This document shows positions 45,761-46,766 of a DNA stretch of 46,766 nucleotides, piece after piece. Both the position numbers and the translations under genes were made by a program. This DNA comes from a virus (Duplodnaviria > Caudoviricetes), in the IMG/VR virus record IMGVR_UViG_3300035703_000150, positions 1-46,766 of that record; one strand, given 5' to 3'. How positions within the stretch are numbered: position 1 is the stretch's first letter; every line of letters begins with the position of its first letter. The notes below the pieces were generated by a model. That model searched no databases. It had not been told where the DNA came from and saw nothing but the letters and a program-made list of their open reading frames with translations.

Positions 45761-45785
45761 CAAGCGATCTCTCATCTGTTAGAAT
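45757..45785 (+). promoter_or_regulatory. Sigma70-type promoter
   Basis: TTGACA-17-TAGAAT with TG extension. Confidence 0.7.
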
Positions 45786-45823
45786 GATCCTATAGCGCCC
45801 TAACGGGCAAGAAAGGTAAACAA

Positions 45824-46138
45824 ATGGCTGATATTCGTATTGTAGAAATGAATGAACTTGACGATAGCATGATTACGATTGATGAAATCACAAAGATTGT
45901 AGGACTAAACAAACTTACAGTGCAAAAAAAGATTCAGCAAGCCAAACTTGAAAGTATTGCTATGTTGAAGTCTGGAAAGCGTGGTCGTCCTGCTCGTATT
46001 TTCAATCGTGGAGCAATCAATGATTTGTTCGGTATTTCAACTTCCCCAGCGATCAGCAACACGGAGAATGTATCTTCCAACAATGAGAACGATCAAAACC
46101 GTGATCTGGCACAAGAGGGTGTTTCACCTTCACATTGA
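45824..46138 (+). CDS. Winged-HTH-like DNA-binding protein
   Basis: ITIDEITKIVGLNKLTVQKKI helix pair and KRGRPARIF wing. Confidence 0.65.
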   Translation: MADIRIVEMNELDDSMITIDEITKIVGLNKLTVQKKIQQAKLESIAMLKSGKRGRPARIFNRGAINDLFGISTSPAISNTENVSSNNENDQNRDLAQEGVSPSH

Positions 46139-46185
46139 CAGTGTGATGCAGCAGCAATAACTATAAATAAACATACGGCATTTGT

Positions 46186-46413
46186 TTGCCGTATTGTTTT
46201 TGGTGCAATATGCAAGAAACAAAGTTCAGTATTGGTGATTTGTTTGTTTTTGCTACTCCATACGCCAAAGATATTGGTATTGTTACAAAGGTTACAAAAA
46301 AGAATATTATCATATGTTGGCAATCAACAAATAACCAAGTATTTAGTAAATCCTCTCTAATTGATTGTCTTGAAAAAAGAAAATTTTATACCCACTATCC
46401 TGTGGTGAAGTGA
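46186..46413 (+). CDS. Small SH3/KOW-like paralog
   Basis: FSIGDLF...IGIV...ICWQ; likely start ATG 46210. Confidence 0.6.
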   Translation: MPYCFWCNMQETKFSIGDLFVFATPYAKDIGIVTKVTKKNIIICWQSTNNQVFSKSSLIDCLEKRKFYTHYPVVK

Positions 46414-46691
46414 TGAAATACCAAGTTGGCGATCTTGTTCTTGTAAAAGATATTCTCCTTCGCCCTCGCCCTCGCCCTCACCCTCGCCCTCGCCTTCGCC
46501 TTCGCCCTCGCCTTCGCCTTCCCCTTCGCCTTAAAAATACACTTGGCATCATCACAGAAGTTGAAAAACACAGTGATATTTTTGAAAAAGATTCAACTGA
46601 AAATGATAATGGTTATATTTGGTATTCACAAGTTGATGCACGGGAATACTACTTCTATGAAGATGAAATAATAGGTGAGGTAATCAAGTGA
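46410..46691 (+). CDS. SH3/KOW-like paralog with an in-frame (Arg-Pro/Arg-Leu)n tract
   Basis: MKYQVGDLV...[repeat]...LGII...YIWYSQ. Confidence 0.65.
   Translation: MMKYQVGDLVLVKDILLRPRPRPHPRPRLRLRPRLRLPLRLKNTLGIITEVEKHSDIFEKDSTENDNGYIWYSQVDAREYYFYEDEIIGEVIK
46455..46532. repeat. (CNCCYT)13 hexamer tract
   Basis: CGCCCT/CGCCTT units with CACCCT, CCCCTT and CTCCTT variants. Confidence 0.95.
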
Positions 46692-46766
46692 AATACCAAG
46701 TTGGTGATCTTATTCTTGTAAAAGATATTCTCCTTCGCCCTCGCCCTCACCCTCACCCTCTCCTTC
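46688..46766 (+). CDS. Tandem duplicate of the preceding ORF (3'-truncated by window edge)
   Basis: GTG AAA TAC CAA GTT GGT GAT CTT ... nearly identical to 46413-46472. Confidence 0.7.
   Translation, partial: MKYQVGDLILVKDILLRPRPHPHPLL
46730..46766. repeat. (CNCCYT)n hexamer tract running to window end
   Basis: CTCCTT CGCCCT CGCCCT CACCCT CACCCT CTCCTT. Confidence 0.9.

Noticed and set aside
1-46766. Stop-codon reassignment
   Set aside because: Conserved genes are full length in the standard code and end in TAA, TAG and TGA.
42090-46766. CRISPR array or DGR template/variable repeats
   Set aside because: The repeats are contiguous hexamers with no spacers, and no reverse transcriptase or adenine-specific repeat pair is visible.

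Overview
This window is an AT-rich (roughly one-third GC, by eye), densely packed segment of a large or jumbo tailed-phage genome with essentially all genes on the + strand. It carries nucleotide-metabolism and replication genes (nrdB, thyX, dut, IMPDH/GuaB, purA, DnaE-type Pol III alpha, an adenine methyltransferase) and a proteostasis set (GroEL, GroES-like, small HSP, ClpP-like, glutaredoxin). It also has two adjacent endolysins, a MoxR ATPase plus DUF2201/vWA pair, three tRNA genes (two are tRNA-Ile with a UAU anticodon), two homing endonucleases and about 20 small SH3/KOW-like paralogs. The host may be Myxococcota or another deltaproteobacterium (inference from a Cys-rich repeat lipoprotein). 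Most notable: (1) dnaE is interrupted inside its first PHP motif by a 10-nt, stop-containing, hairpin-forming insert whose exact removal restores canonical motif spacing (candidate ribosomal bypass, frameshift or micro-intron); (2) IMPDH is a fractured gene with a split intein flanking a homing endonuclease; (3) TTAA is strongly avoided except in two islands, and this may be linked to AUA codon use and the duplicated tRNA-Ile(UAU); (4) a GC-rich (CGCCYT)n hexamer tract occurs in several small ORFs; (5) thyX has a replaced 3' end next to a LAGLIDADG gene; (6) two promoters share a box at an identical offset. All calls are by eye from motifs; no searches were run.
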